Counted from the first letter of the whole stretch, positions 12,563 to 26,297 are shown. The stretch: 63,395 bases of DNA, filler included, from Reticulomyxa filosa (GCA_000512085.1; 15 parts of 15 records of this genome joined end to end with filler, not necessarily neighbours in it), one strand, 5' to 3'. Notes: generated by a model from the letters alone, not told the origin. Translations and numbers: made by a program.

Positions 12563-12952
12563 CTTTGTTGCGAATTAAAAATACCACAAATTTGAGTTCG
12601 GTATACTAACACCTTTTTCTTGCTTTTTTATGAAATCCCTTTTAATTTTTGAGAAGGTTTATTTAAGAAAATGGAATACCAATTTTTGAAAAGCTTAGTC
12701 TTGTTGTTAAAATTATTATCAATTTAATCATACGACAAATTCAAAAACAATATTATGTAAGTTAGAGACGTATTTTTGTAGTGAAAAGAGTTGTTAATCT
12801 CAGGTGTTAGAAGTTCCTTTCAAAACCCTGTGAATTTTTGTTTGGAAAAAATTGATCACACTAATACATTTCAATTGACAAGGAATCTGGATTACTCGCT
12901 GCAATTTTCAGATATTATTTGCATTTCTAAACAGTAAAAAGTTATTCGAGAA

Positions 12953-13198
12953 ATGACATCACTGGAAGACGAAAAAAAAACACCTTCGACAGCATTTAAT
13001 GAGATTCAGCCACTAAAGTTACGAAAAGCCTATTTGGAACGAGAAGAACACAGAAGAACCCTGGAATCTTTAGAAAAAGCACAAGATGGGGCCGCTGCTG
13101 CCAAAGAAATTTATGATTATATCTTGCGCAATGAAGAGCCTCTTAAAGATCCAAATAATCCTTATATCCATGAACCTAATAAATGTGTTGTGCTTTGA
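12953..13198 (+). CDS. Heterotrimeric G-protein gamma subunit-like protein (GGL domain, CaaX)
   Basis: 81-aa single-exon ORF: N-terminal coiled coil, AAAKEIYDYI..EEPL..PNNPY (compare AAxxLxxY...DPL...NPF), and C-terminal CVVL geranylgeranylation signal immediately before the stop. Confidence 0.75.
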   Translation: MTSLEDEKKTPSTAFNEIQPLKLRKAYLEREEHRRTLESLEKAQDGAAAAKEIYDYILRNEEPLKDPNNPYIHEPNKCVVL

Positions 13199-13835
13199 CG
13201 TTCTAATTTTTTTTAGCAGGGTTTACCTTTCCTTATTTTTCAGTTGTTACAAAGTGAAAATTTTCAGGCGACTTGTGACAGAGGATGCAATATCACTAAA
13301 ATGCGTCTTTTTGTTTATTTTTTATTTTTTTTGTGTATGATAAACTTTGTTGTGGACCGGAATAAATGGAGGAGAGTTGGCACAAGCGTCACTAACATAG
13401 AAACTGTAACAATAATTACAAAAAAAGAAAACCATCCGAAATGGAATGGTTACGCAAGCATCAACTACAAGCCTTCATTTAATTTTCTCCCTCCAATTTT
13501 AAATATGGCCTATTCTGAAAAATCAAAATATTGCAAAAAAGGTGGAGAGCATTTTTGGGAATAGTCTTTTAAAATTGGATTCAGTTTTGCTTTGGTTCTA
13601 ATAGAGGGGATCGATAATCGACTGCTGTTTCTTTCCTTTTCCTTTGAGAAGGATTATTCTGCTAATGTGAATATAAACTTAAAATGCTATTATGAAGGAT
13701 GATATTTTTAAAAATAGACATAAGCAAAGGATGTTTCTAAATTCATACGATAATAAAGACAAAATGCAGTTGGGTTTTTTGTGGGGACAACAATCATTTT
13801 GACATTGAGTTACGAGTTGTTTTTTGTTTAAGAGC

Positions 13836-14477
13836 ATGCTTTCACAGCAAATTCCTCCAAAGTTGAAAAATACAAAATTGTTAAATTTTACACCTCTTGA
13901 ATATTGGCATGGAGATATCGAGTTGACACGTGACGAAGATATTTGTGGTATTCGAAACAGTTTAAATGTTGAAACCATTTATTCTGAGCGTGGTTCCGTA
14001 CAACTAGTCTTGAAAGGATTTCTGTATAATTGGTTATGTTGTGACTTTATGCAAGCATTGACAAACATTTTGCAATCAGATGAACATAGAATTCCTTCGG
14101 ATATAATATATACACTATTAGATTTTTGCCCATCAAATATATTCTTGGAATGTGAAATATTGACTAAAAGTTGGTTTGCTGAAGAGGCAACAATCACATT
14201 GAAGCAAATCGCTTGCGATATAATTGAAAATTCAAATGTAACAACTCCGCTGGATACAAACAAACAAGAAAAATTTGTGTGGATGAAAGGCATTCCTTGT
14301 GTTGATTGGACCGACATTTTAGCAAGAAAACAATGCCAGCTTTTTTCCAAATTTTTAAACTCATTGTTTGTAAAAAGCATATCATTGCAAAAGTACAATC
14401 CCACACCAAACGTTGATGTACAGTTTCAACTTAAACCCAAAATCACATTACATTTCAATGACAATAAATGGATTTGA
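13836..14477 (+). CDS. Hypothetical protein (intronless, about 213 aa)
   Basis: Long open frame from ATG 13836 in an AT-rich context; no motif recognised. Confidence 0.6.
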   Translation: MLSQQIPPKLKNTKLLNFTPLEYWHGDIELTRDEDICGIRNSLNVETIYSERGSVQLVLKGFLYNWLCCDFMQALTNILQSDEHRIPSDIIYTLLDFCPSNIFLECEILTKSWFAEEATITLKQIACDIIENSNVTTPLDTNKQEKFVWMKGIPCVDWTDILARKQCQLFSKFLNSLFVKSISLQKYNPTPNVDVQFQLKPKITLHFNDNKWI

Positions 14478-15719
14478 ATCAAACTTTTCTTTTGTTATCT
14501 GTTAGAAAATTTTACTTAAACTTTTGGTACAATTCATGAAGCGCAACATTCTCAAAATATTGCAACTTCCACTAATTTAATTCATTTGACGATATTGAAG
14601 TTTATTGGCTGAGGAATGTAATAACGAAAGGAAGAAACATAGCATAATGTAAACAAATTACTTCATGTCATAATATTGAATTACTGAAACCACGAGGAGT
14701 AAAACTACATCACAAGTACACACGATCTTCGTAAAAAGACAAGATTAACTTTTCAACTAAAATTAAATTTTTTTACTAGTGATACTTTTTTATNNNNNNN
14801 NNNNNNNNNNNNNNNNNNNNNNNNNNNNNNNNNNNNNTTAATTAATTAANNNNNNNNNNNNNNNNNNNNNNNNNNNNNNNNNNNNNNNNNNNNCAATCCG
14901 ACAAAACAAAAACTTGGTTTGTTCGTGAGTGTCTGTCGGATACTCAATCCATTTGGGTTATTTTATTCTCCAGCCCCTCTCATTTCTTCATCCTCCCCCT
15001 TTCTTCTTTTTTTCAAAAAAAAAATTCATTTTTTTAACTGAACTATGCCACTCCCAAAGCTCAAAAAGAACTTTGTTGTTCTTGCGGCCCGTTGCATGTT
15101 GATATGTTCGCGTATTTGATCGTCCATTTTCCGGCGGTTGAATGTAGCTTACCTCCTCAGAGTTGTCTCATCCTGCCAACTTGTTCTTTTGTCCCTCCAT
15201 TACGTTACCGCCGGTTCCGCACGAATAGCCATCAGTACATGGAGTCCAGTATTATGTAAACGCGCTTTTGCGTACCATGACAACATTGTCACCGACGACA
15301 ACGACAATTTGTAGTCACCGCTCATATAAGTCAACTTTGGGATAATACTCATTTAGCTAGTACACAAAAGCCAATAAATATTGAATTGCAAACAACATCT
15401 TTAAGATGGTGAGTTTTTGTTTTTAGTACAAAGATTTTTTTTTTTTTTTGACATTGAGTTTCGCACTATTTCCTTTTTTTTCAATTAGAACACGGAAAAG
15501 AGAAAAAGAATGTTGTAAATAGTTTTTTCAAATGTGCTTTAAGAGAAATAAATTTAAAAGATGATATAATTTTAAGGAAACGGTATAAGCTAGTTTTGAT
15601 TAGAAAAAAGAGAAAAAGGGAACAGACGACGTTTTTGCATCAATTATAATTTAAAATATAAGAAAGATCTGTTAGTGCGAAGATTTAATTAAGATGTTAT
15701 TTGTTATTTCTTCATCATT

Positions 15720-17620
15720 TGTCATCGTGGACAACTCAACATCAGTGGTGCTGGTGCATTGCTTAACCCAATAGCCTTGGGGCATCAATCTCAATTTGAG
15801 TCGGTTTGCAGAACGATCTTTGGCTTAATGCAAGGCATGCTGCAATGGCTGTGGTCCTGCAATTTGCTTTGGCTCGTCTCTACGCTCTTTTTCCTCAGGT
15901 TCTTTTGCTTTTCCTTCACTTTTTCGATTTGGTCTTGCACTTTCGCTAACGTCTTGTTCACCGTAAGCGTGTCCTTGTGTCAATACCATTGCACAATCGA
16001 CGTCAGCTGTTTGACGTCTTCTTCTTTCTAGCTGTTTTCGTTCGGAACATCGTACAATCAGGCATGTTGTTTCGAAAACTCCAACTATATATGCATATAG
16101 CAAAGAATGAAATTGGCAGTGTCTGATATTGAGCTTTACTTGTTTGTCGTTTGCAATGAATTCAAAGAATACGAAATCGGAGACAGACATGACGATATAT
16201 GGAAAAAAGAAAAAGAAAAGACAAATGTAATGGATTCTTGGTTGAACAATCACAGTAAAGCAGATGTCAACGACGAAGATGATGACAGAAATGAAAAAGA
16301 GAAAGAGAAATGATATATGATGCCACAGATGACGGAAGAGACATTTGGAATAAGAGACTACTTGCACTTTTTGCAGCAATTGCAAAGCAAATGGCGAACA
16401 AGCAGTTGTGTTCGAACTACCTAGTATATCACAAAGAGATTGCCGACATGTTGCAAGATAAACGTCGAAATGTACTCGACAACATCTTTTATCGTGTTTT
16501 CTTTACCTTTTTTTCCATCACTTTTCTGTCCAATCTAAACATCAACATGAGCGTGCATTTGAATTCGAATTCAAATTTCAATGGAAATTGTCATTCTTCT
16601 ACTACTGCTGTAGTAGCAAAGTTACAAGCGCTGTCCAACAAAGATTATGTATGTATGTTTTTGTACTTATGTCTTGCACTGCTGTCGAGTGTATACCATC
16701 AAGTACTTGTGCGAAAAGGACGCCAAGTGCTATTATGATTCTTCATATTCCAACGCTGGCGTCGCCAAAGGGTCCTCGCTCCAACAAGACCTGACCAAGT
16801 GGCATGCATCCCTTACTGCGGCTTCATCACTCCTACCTAGATGCAGTATCAATACTTCATCGCCACTGTCTTTGACAAGTTTGCTTAATAGTTCATTCAC
16901 ATACACCCTTTTTTTTAAAAAAAGTGCATATACGAATGTATGTATATACATACATTTGTATATGCATTTTTAAATACTTGGAATAGTGTGAGAAAAGATA
17001 GAAGCAACAATCGAAGACATGAAGAGTGATTGGAAGTAAATTGCTCATGTTTGGAGAGGGCTTGCAAATGGCGCTGAACAGTTCCGAGAAAGTTCCATTC
17101 TACCAACTGTACACAATTCGCAATGCAACAGTAGCAATGAAGCAAGTTCTTCTCACAAAACAAAAAAAATAATAAGAAACATAAAAAGAAATATGTTCAA
17201 AAGAAAGGTTTTGCGGAAACGTGCTTGACTCGCAAGATCGTCTAATGACATCATCATGATAATCATGCCTGTCGCAACAGACATCCAATGATCGCATCTT
17301 TCAATTGGTGAGTGACGACTGAGGCACATAAGTGATTTATCACAGTTATATCTGTGGAAAGCTGTCACAATTGTTAAATCCGGCAACGATTGCATTACAT
17401 GAGTCTCGAGTCAATGAAAGTAACTTTACAAAAATGTTCACGAGTATGTCCAGTATAATATCAGATGCTCTTATCTTTTTTTCAGCTGTTTTTTATCCAC
17501 GCAAGTTCAATTCTACAAACTTTATTTCAGTATGGCCTTTCTCACGCTTTGGTGCGCATTTTTTTTGCTTTTTGTCACTATTCCTGTTCTATTTCTTTTT
17601 CAAACACTTTTTTTATAAAA
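15720..17620 (+). pseudogene. Fragmented or decayed protein-coding region of unknown family
   Basis: A succession of protein-like segments in shifting + frames (16107, 16310, 16647, 17332) separated by stops without clean intron boundaries. Confidence 0.4.
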
Positions 17621-18379
17621 GATGAAGTTAAAAAAAAAGATATGAACATTCATTCAAATTGTTTTCGATATACATTACATCTTTAACATTTCTAAGACAC
17701 ATGCTAATTTTTTCTAATTTTCCTTTGACGTTTTCAAATTCGCCTTTGGACTAGATATGTTATATATTATATACACACTATATATGTAATTTTTTTTTAA
17801 TTTTGGCTTGTCAATGTTATTTAATAAATTTACAAAAACATGCACTCAATCTTAATTGTCTTGCTTATAACAAAACCGACACATTTTTGTAGCTGTGACT
17901 TCAGTTATGTATGTCTTTTTGCCAAGGTTTCCAACTCAGCAGTGTTGTTATTTTTGTTAACACACTAATTCTCGAGTGTTCCTACTGGTGTANNNNNNNN
18001 NNNNNNNNNNNNNNNNNNNNNNNNNNNNNNNNNNNNTTAATTAATTAANNNNNNNNNNNNNNNNNNNNNNNNNNNNNNNNNNNNNNNNNNNNTTTTTTTT
18101 TGTGAATTGAAACTTGCGTAAAGAGCCAACGAACTGTAATTAAAGTTTACTTTATTCTTTTAAGTAATTTGAAAAAAACTTCGAAAAGCTCTTGATAAAA
18201 AAGTTGGCAGATCCCATGTGATACTTGTCAATAGCAGAAAGCAATAATACTTCCTGGAAGATATTTTAAAAGTGAACTTGCTAACACAGTCGCAGCGAAA
18301 AAACAGTACAAGGGCAAAGTCATTGTTTTTCACAAATGCGTTTAATACTGTTTTTTTCAATTAAAAGATGATTCTTTTT

Positions 18380-19070
18380 TTCAAAATAATCTTTCAATGG
18401 AATGTGCCTATGCTCTTTCTTGTGTTGAATACTGATACACTGATTTTGAAACATCAGAGTAATTCCCTCCACCAAAGAATAAGATGATATCATTGATGCA
18501 CACTTATGCATATTCATGAAGCGGTGCAATATCAAGACAAACATTCATAAAATTATAGTTGTCTTCATTATAGTTTATTACTCTGTTTAAACAACAGCAT
18601 TTGATAATTTTTTTCTTGATTTATTTTCGTCATTTCTCGTCCATTTTCTGGCTTTGATACAAAGCAATAAAAATTGACATAATTATAAGTTGGTAAAGTA
18701 TTATGTCTAACAAATTTAAGTGTGTTTAAATCAATATTATCATTATTATAAGTGATAAATAACAGATATTGTTGCTCCACCAATCAATGCTCTATAATTA
18801 TCCTCATCTTCCAATGATAATTCGACGATTGTGATTGTCAATGAAACGAACCCATTGGTTGTGATTATTGTTGTCATTGTCATTACTCCAAATACTTCAT
18901 ATTTCATTACCAATGTATGTTTATATTATCTACCAAAAGACAACAAAGTGGTTTCATTGCTGTCTTTATTATTGTTATCTTTCGAAACGGAGTTTGTTCC
19001 AAACCTTTGAAAAGAAGTTGATGTAATAAAATTTTTTGCTTTTGTTCGCAGATTTTTGTGTATTACTCAT
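18380..19070 (-). pseudogene. Pseudogene of an expanded Kelch-like beta-propeller family
   Basis: Frame-hopping fragments HTLVMKY / NQWVRFIDNHNRRIIIG / ALIGG / LLFITY..DLNTLKFVRHNTLP..YCFVSK..NYQMLLF / YA*VCINDIILFFGG..VSKSVYQYS, with many stops and frameshifts. Confidence 0.75.
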
Positions 19071-19690
19071 GTTGATATTAAATAATTTAGCTTTTTTAAT
19101 TTAAAAAAAGGAGGACCCTTTTGAACAGCCTTGAAAAAACAGAAGTTTAATCTTTCATAATTTTTTTCAAGTAAAAAAAGGATAAAATTTCTTCAAATCT
19201 CTTTTAGCATATTCGATTTCTTGTCATTTTAATATTGAAATCTATTTAAATTATAATTTGATTTCTTTAATCAGGCAAAAATTGTTATGAAGATTTATCT
19301 GGATCTTATAAAGGGAACACAAAGTAAATTTGGAAAATGTAGCGCAAAAATAATAAAATGCCCATTGATTGAATGATTAATACAAATGCACAAACCTTAC
19401 GTTTTTTTATAATGTCCATAATATAATATTAATTTGCGAAAATACGTTTTACTAATTTTTTTGTAAAATATTGTCAGTGTTAATTGTAATTTGAATTTTT
19501 TGATTTGTAAATTTAAATTTGAATTTGTTGCTCTCAAACTATATTTTTTTCACTTTTTTATACAAAATCGCAATGATTCACCAAACAAAANNNNNNNNNN
19601 NNNNNNNNNNNNNNNNNNNNNNNNNNNNNNNNNNTTAATTAATTAANNNNNNNNNNNNNNNNNNNNNNNNNNNNNNNNNNNNNNNNNNNN

Positions 19691-19925
19691 ATCCATCTGC
19701 ATTTTGTAAATTCCACATTCCGCCAATGTTGCTCCCTGATTCGTATAACGTAACATTTTTAAATCCAACTTCTTGTAGCTCTTTTAAAGCTGACAAACCG
19801 CTCCAACCCCCTCCAATTACACATACACTTTCATTCTTTGCAGCAAAATGGCGGAAACTATTATGCATAATCGAGCATGTTTTGGTTTGAATTCTCCATT
19901 GCAATGGCTTGAACCAATTGTACAT
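19691..19925 (-). CDS. Flavin-containing monooxygenase-like protein, N-terminal FAD-binding motif (3' truncated)
   Basis: VCVIGGGWSGLSALKEL...VTLYESGSNIGGMW is GxGxxG plus the E..IGGxW FMO signature; the basic N-terminal extension may be a targeting peptide. Confidence 0.85.
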
Positions 19926-20575
19926 CTTTCTTAACGCTTGACGAGAATTTTTTTGGATCACAGATTTTTTAATTGAAACCTTTGCACGCCCAGGAGAAAG
20001 TTGGTGTTTAAAAATACAAGTTTAAGTTTCGTTTATTGCAAGCGAAATAGTGGAAGATGTTTGCTAATCATTTTCAAAACTAACAAAACAAAAACATTTA
20101 GTATATCATTGACAACATCAAATCGAAATACGATCAAAAAACTTAGCAAACAAAGAGAAGATACTAATATTTCATAAGTGGCATTAACAAGTTAGTACAA
20201 AATTCTGAGATTAACATATACAATGGAATATTTGAATAAAATTGCATACATGAAAGAGCAAGACAGAGCATTTTTTTCTACTTGACAGTCACTAATGCTA
20301 ACATATAGTGCTATTAGATTATTCTTTTTTTGACATTAACTTTTTGACTTTTTACAATAAAATAACTTTTGCGTATTGTTGGAAATTTTGCTTTATAAAG
20401 GGTGATAAGTTATGCTTGGCCAATATTTGTTTTTTGTAAGAAAATGTGATAGGTCAAAGTATTGAAATACTGGTTACAAATAATCCAAACTTGCTACCTT
20501 TTGAATAACTTAAGAATCTAGTCATTTATTTTAAGCAATTGCAAAATGATTTCCCTTTCTTATTGCGTTAAACAA

Positions 20576-21890
20576 ATGCCTTTTTTACTTATTTTTTGTT
20601 TTTTTTTAAGTGTTGTGTCAAGTTTGTGACGATTTGCTTCTTTTTAGTTGAGAAAGATTGTTTCAATTATCTTTTTGGTGACATTTCAAAAAAATGAAAT
20701 AATAATAGCAAATAATACAGTTATTTGTTCACATCCAAACTTTCGTAGGCATAATACAGTAAGCGTGAAAAGAATGGAATTTTTATTATTGATAGAACAC
20801 TTGAATGAAAAAACTTGGCTTTGAACAAAAAAAATATTGTATTCTTCAACTTTTTTTGAAAAAAAATCAGATGATAAGTTGTGGACCGAGTGCAATATTA
20901 GAAATAATATTACCAGTATGCACATATCTGCTGGTGGAGGTGCCCTCCGTGGTTTGGTTAGTGAACCGGTTGAAGGCACTAAGACAGTACGAGTTTCTAC
21001 TTCATCACAATACAAACATCCAAAAATCATTGAAGCGGTTGCAATTTTTGATATCAGTGGAGCTGTCGTTGTTGATTTTCGGATTAGCAGTGGACCGGTT
21101 GGTGGCACTAATTTGGTTTATCTCGTCGTACTTGTCTCATAAGTCGAACGTAGCGCAAGTGTTGGCCTCGTTGGCCGGGTATTTTAACGGCGTGGTGGTG
21201 GCATTTCTGTTGGCTTCGTACTGTGCATTACGAGGGTACCGTTACTTTTTGATATGTTATTCGTCGAGTAAGATGTACTTGCTGACGTACTACCGCCATC
21301 ATAGCAGCATATCCGGGGACCACGGGCATCCGCAGGCGAGCAAGCCTATGCTTGAGCCTCCAATGGGAATACAACAACAAGCAGAGGAGACCATTACACT
21401 GACAATGACAGGTACTATCATGACCTCCACTGTTCTCCATCCACAGCCACAAGCACAAGCACAAGCACAAGCACAAGCACAAGCACAAGCACAAGTACAA
21501 GTACAAGTACAAGCACAGACACAACAACCACAATCACAATCACAACAACCACAGTTATGTATTGGGTTGAAACCTCATATTTTGCAAAGTCCTGGTCACC
21601 CAATCAACAACCGCACCGACGTCATCTCAGAAGTCCCTCAGCCACCCCTACCACTACCAGTACAAATACAGCCACAATCACAAGCACAAGCATTTGCACC
21701 TGCACCAATTGCAGTAATTACAGAGAGAGAACCATTGCCCGTGCCGACATCAGTTTCGGCAGGCCCACCACAAGGACCTACAGCAGCAACACCAGTCGCA
21801 GTGGTATTGGCAGCCACAGAGGAATGCATTGGACATTCAAGCGTCCCTCTAACAAGGAGCAATAACAATAATAATAATAATAATAATAAC

Positions 21891-21943
<53 letters not shown>

Positions 21944-23632
21944 TGGACACGATCCTCTCCCCCCAATATCCTCGTCGTCTCCTCGCCGTATAACTCGCCA
22001 CCGCAAACTGTCGATGCACAAAAAAAAAAAAAAACTTGTCACGTATTTTTCATGACCACCGTCACTCGACTTGGCAATCGCCACATCAAAACAGTGAAGC
22101 TGTTCTTCATGTCCGCCTTTATCTTGTCGTTTATGTGGCTCGCTACTGTGTCCACCTTGGACAAAGCCACCAAAGATCGTCTCATCGAACTCACCTGCTA
22201 TCCCGACCATCGCAACGCCTGCAAGCTTTCCATTACTGTTATCATGTCCTTCATCTTCCTCACTGCCTTCTTTGTCACCATGTGGTTATTTGCTTGGGTT
22301 ACCCCTAACATGGGGGCTGGAAGTTTTTTTTGGTTTTTTTTTTTTTCCTCCCTCTTCAAACAAACAAAAAAACTTGGGAGAGGGGAGGAGGAAGGGGAAA
22401 ACATGCAAAAGGGAGGAAATTAAAAAAAAAAAGTGACCGAGAATTTGTATATTGGTTTCGCTCTGCTTTGTATACTTTGACCACAAAAAAAAAAAAATGA
22501 TGTAGCGTATATCAAACAAGAATTGTGGTACATGGGCTTGGTAAGTGTCGTAAGTGTGGCGATTTATGGGGTCAAGTATGTCCTCACACTGTTCCAGTGG
22601 TGCGACTATTATCCATTGTACGCCTGGCTGTTTGACATGGTAGTGTTCCCTCTCATTATTAATATCATTGGCACCATATCGCTGGTTTGCACACAAAAAA
22701 CGATTGATTTAACCCTTTCTGCCAAAAAGCCTTTACACGCCCAGTCCAAAAGCAACAATGATGATCTCAACAAATATATCGATAATAGCAATAATCATAA
22801 CAATATTATTGCTAATAATAACAGTAACAATAACAATAATAACAATAACAATAACAATAACAATAACAATAACAATAATAACAATAATAATAACAATAAC
22901 AATAATAATAACAGTAGCAATAATAATAATAATAATAACAATAATAATAACAATAACAATAACAACAATAATAATAATAACAATAATAGTAACATTGATA
23001 ACAACAATGATAATAACAATAACACCAACAATAACAATAATAGTAACATTGATAACAACAATGATAACAACAATGATAATAACAATAACACCAACAATAA
23101 CACTAACAATAACACTAACAATAACAATGGCATTACTTTGAACAACAAGAACGATAATAACAAACTATCTAGTGATGACGACGATAACAACAATGACGAA
23201 CAGGAAGAAAACGACAAACATAATTATTATTATCACCACTATTGCACGTATAATAAATTGGAAGGAAATGGTGCCCGCAAGACCAATCCGATGATTGAAC
23301 GAAAATTGACCAATGAAATGATTGCAAGCGGAAAAACACATGTGGAATCGAGCAGAAAAGACGGAACGAGAAGCGCCCCCGAAAAAAATGATAGCTGTTC
23401 ACATATTTCGCTAGTGCCTTTGAGACCCACTACCGAACCCTTCCACTCCATGCCAATGTCCTCTGAGACAAGAAGCAAGAGTCAAGTAAAGACCAAAAGC
23501 GATAAGCCACAAAGTGAACACGAAAGTACTTTTGGTGCTTATCTTGACAAACAAAATACTAGCAGTAATATCAATAGCAGCAATAATTTGCCATCCTATG
23601 TTATTCATACAGAGGAAATTTTTGTCGAATAA
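20576..23632 (+). CDS. Seven-transmembrane GPCR-like protein with Q/P/N low-complexity loop and poly-Asn tail (start uncertain)
   Basis: Seven hydrophobic segments: three in 20871-21260, two in 22090-22300 and two in 22520-22690. LRGYRY follows TM3 and YIKQEL precedes TM6. There is a frame break at A15 (22020-22034). Confidence 0.65.
21448..21517 (+). repeat. (CAAGCA/CAAGTA)n hexamer repeat encoding (QA)n(QV)n
   Basis: Directly visible tandem array. Confidence 0.9.
21861..21944 (+). repeat. (AAT/AAC)n poly-Asn tract
   Basis: Directly visible tandem array within the ORF. Confidence 0.95.
22785..23165 (+). repeat. (AAT/AAC)n poly-Asn region with internal duplicated units (SNIDNNND)
   Basis: Directly visible; explains the spurious poly-L and poly-I ORFs in other frames. 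Confidence 0.95.
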
Positions 23633-23829
23633 ATGCATTTTTTTTTTAAATTTTTTTTTTTTGTGTGTGTACGTGGAAGGGAAAAAAAACTAAGTGTGTC
23701 TGTTCNNNNNNNNNNNNNNNNNNNNNNNNNNNNNNNNNNNNNNNNNNNNTTAATTAATTAANNNNNNNNNNNNNNNNNNNNNNNNNNNNNNNNNNNNNNN
23801 NNNNNATATATATATATATATATTGCATA

Positions 23830-24698
23830 AGAGCAGAAACAATACGATTGGTTGTGGGTTGGACTTTGATAGGTGGGTCCTTGCAATGCAAAAACTCATT
23901 GAACGTGGTGATCATGTTTGAAGAAGATTGTAAAGACAGAGTGGAGAGTTGGCAATGTGCAAATATAAAGAGCCACTTGTCCAAGCTCGCTTCGTCTTTC
24001 GACATCACTGTGTCAACCATTCAACTGCTCGTTCATCACAACACCAGATACACTCGACTGCTATTGAATAACGCAAGTGACATTGCTGCCACCATTGAAA
24101 GTTTACGCTGTCATGTTTCATCCGTTGATGTCACGACTGACTATGAAAATCAATGTTTAGAGTCGCTCTCTTTTCTTTTTACGTAATACATACACATATA
24201 TCCATGTATTACAATAATCAATAAAAACAAATTGCAAATAAAGCAAAAAAAGGAAAAAAGAGTGGGATTGAAGAGTTGACTCGTTCGAATGGCGGCAAAG
24301 CGCAAAACGTATTGTTGATGTATCCCACATGCAAAAGCGCGGAATTGAGCTTTGCAGAGTATTGCAATGAACAGCTATTGGATCGATGGTTGATCTCAAT
24401 GTACATCAGTGGCGAACAGATTAGTGCCAATGACTTCCGATGCTTTGTTCGTAAGGACGTCAAGAATATATCGTCAACAGCGATGTATCACAATCCTTTG
24501 TGGAATGCAACGCAGTACGAACAGCACAGGCTCCAAATTGTCAGACACGCATGCACACCATCACAACCGCAGCAATGGGATCAAATCCACACAGATGTTC
24601 GTCCAAACGATGTTCATGGTCGTTCGACTGCCATTGTGTTCTCATGGCTTTACAGTGGTGCACTTGTTTGGGTGGTAGCACTTGCGCTTGCTCAGTAG
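23830..24698 (+). CDS. 3' part of an unknown protein with a hydrophobic C-terminus (TM or GPI-signal-like)
   Basis: Two exon-like ORFs (about 23833-24155 and 24275-24698) separated by an A-rich intron; ends AIVFSWLYSGALVWVVALALAQ*. Confidence 0.55.
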
Positions 24699-26297
24699 CA
24701 CGCAACAATAATCTATGGGACAACAAACAACAACTATGACAAACAGCTGCGGGAATTACAAATTCCCTTTTTGTTAATTTTTAGTTGCATTTTTTCTTTG
24801 TCTTTTTTTCCATTTCTTTCTTTCCTTTTCTTGGTTTCGTTTTGCTGATCAATCTTCTTCCAATTTTTTTTTTTGTTTATTATTTTTATTTTTTTATTTT
24901 TTTATTTTTTTTTGTTTCACGTTTAATATTCCATGTACATATATAACACTTATTCGAATGATCTTTTTTTTTTTTTTTGCGGTCGGATTTTTTGATTGCT
25001 TCGTTTTTGTGTTGTCTTTTTTTTTGGTGTTATTGTTTTGGACTTCTTTCTGGTAACGAATAAGTCTTGTTCTGTGTTGCACTTGTTCGTGTGATATTTT
25101 TATAACTTTTTTCTTTCTTGTGTGTCTTGTTGTTTGTTGCCTTTTCCATTTTCAAATCCATAATTTGTACATTCGTGCATATGTGTGCTCAATCGAATAA
25201 TATCTCCTTCTCATCCAATTACGTTTAACGCGAGTACTCTCAATTTTTTAAAAAAGTCTCGATAAAATTCCAATGATTTGTAATATGGTCAAATGCGCTA
25301 TCCTCAAAATTGAACATATTCACTTTTTTATGCTATAAAAAACCTTGTAAAGATATCTTTTGCTTAGTTTTTTAATCCGTTGTTGTTTTCGTGAACAAGA
25401 AACTTTTGGATTTCTCTTGCTAAGAAAATAAAACACATATCTAAAATGCACGAAACATAAATCTTCAATGAGTGTTTGTATGAGTAAACCTAGTTTCAAA
25501 TAAATTTGTTTAAAAGTAGCATTAACAAACAATTTATGAAAACTTCACAATTCATTAGTTTATATATTCGCAACACATAAATATTCCATGAAAAATCAAT
25601 ACATGATCTATTATACAAATTTTATCTAATAGGTTTTTGCTTTGTCAGATTTTATTTGTACATTAAGATAAATTTTGCATAGTATGACAATTAATTCCAG
25701 TTGATGTTGTCCGATTCTATCTTGTTTATTTTTTATTTAAACAAATCATAGCAACAACTTTTAAGAATTAAAAACATATTTGACTTTCAGAATTACAATT
25801 AGTTTTTTCAAACATACATTGAATCAACAGAATGTGCAACGCGTAAACCGATTAGCTGTAGTCCTCGCTATGATCTGTGCTGATACTTGCTTTGTATATT
25901 AATGCAAAATTCAAATTTTCAAAAAATACTATTTGTATAATGAGTATTCAGCTAACAAATTAAGTGACATTTTATCTTTTTAAGTGTTTGCAGTAAAATT
26001 GATGAATTGATTGTATCCTTATCGGCTGCTTTTCTGAAAACTTGGCAAAGTTTTGCATTATCATAAATGGATTACTTTGACTTTGTTTTTTAACACTTGC
26101 AAAATATTCTATTTTACAAGTATCGCATGCTAAGCGCAATAATGATGACCACTTGACATCAGTGTGCATAAAATCAAAAACATAAATTGTAAGTTGTTTA
26201 GTCCAAAAATTTTAGCCGAGAAAAGGGGAGTTTGAACAACATCGCTTTTTGAAGTTGATATTTGCATATATTTTTCGCTTCGCATAACCGAGTTATA

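Noticed and set aside
22758-23217. Long poly-Leu and poly-Ile/Thr ORFs resembling membrane proteins
   Set aside because: These are alternative-frame and antisense readings of the (AAT/AAC)n poly-Asn tract.
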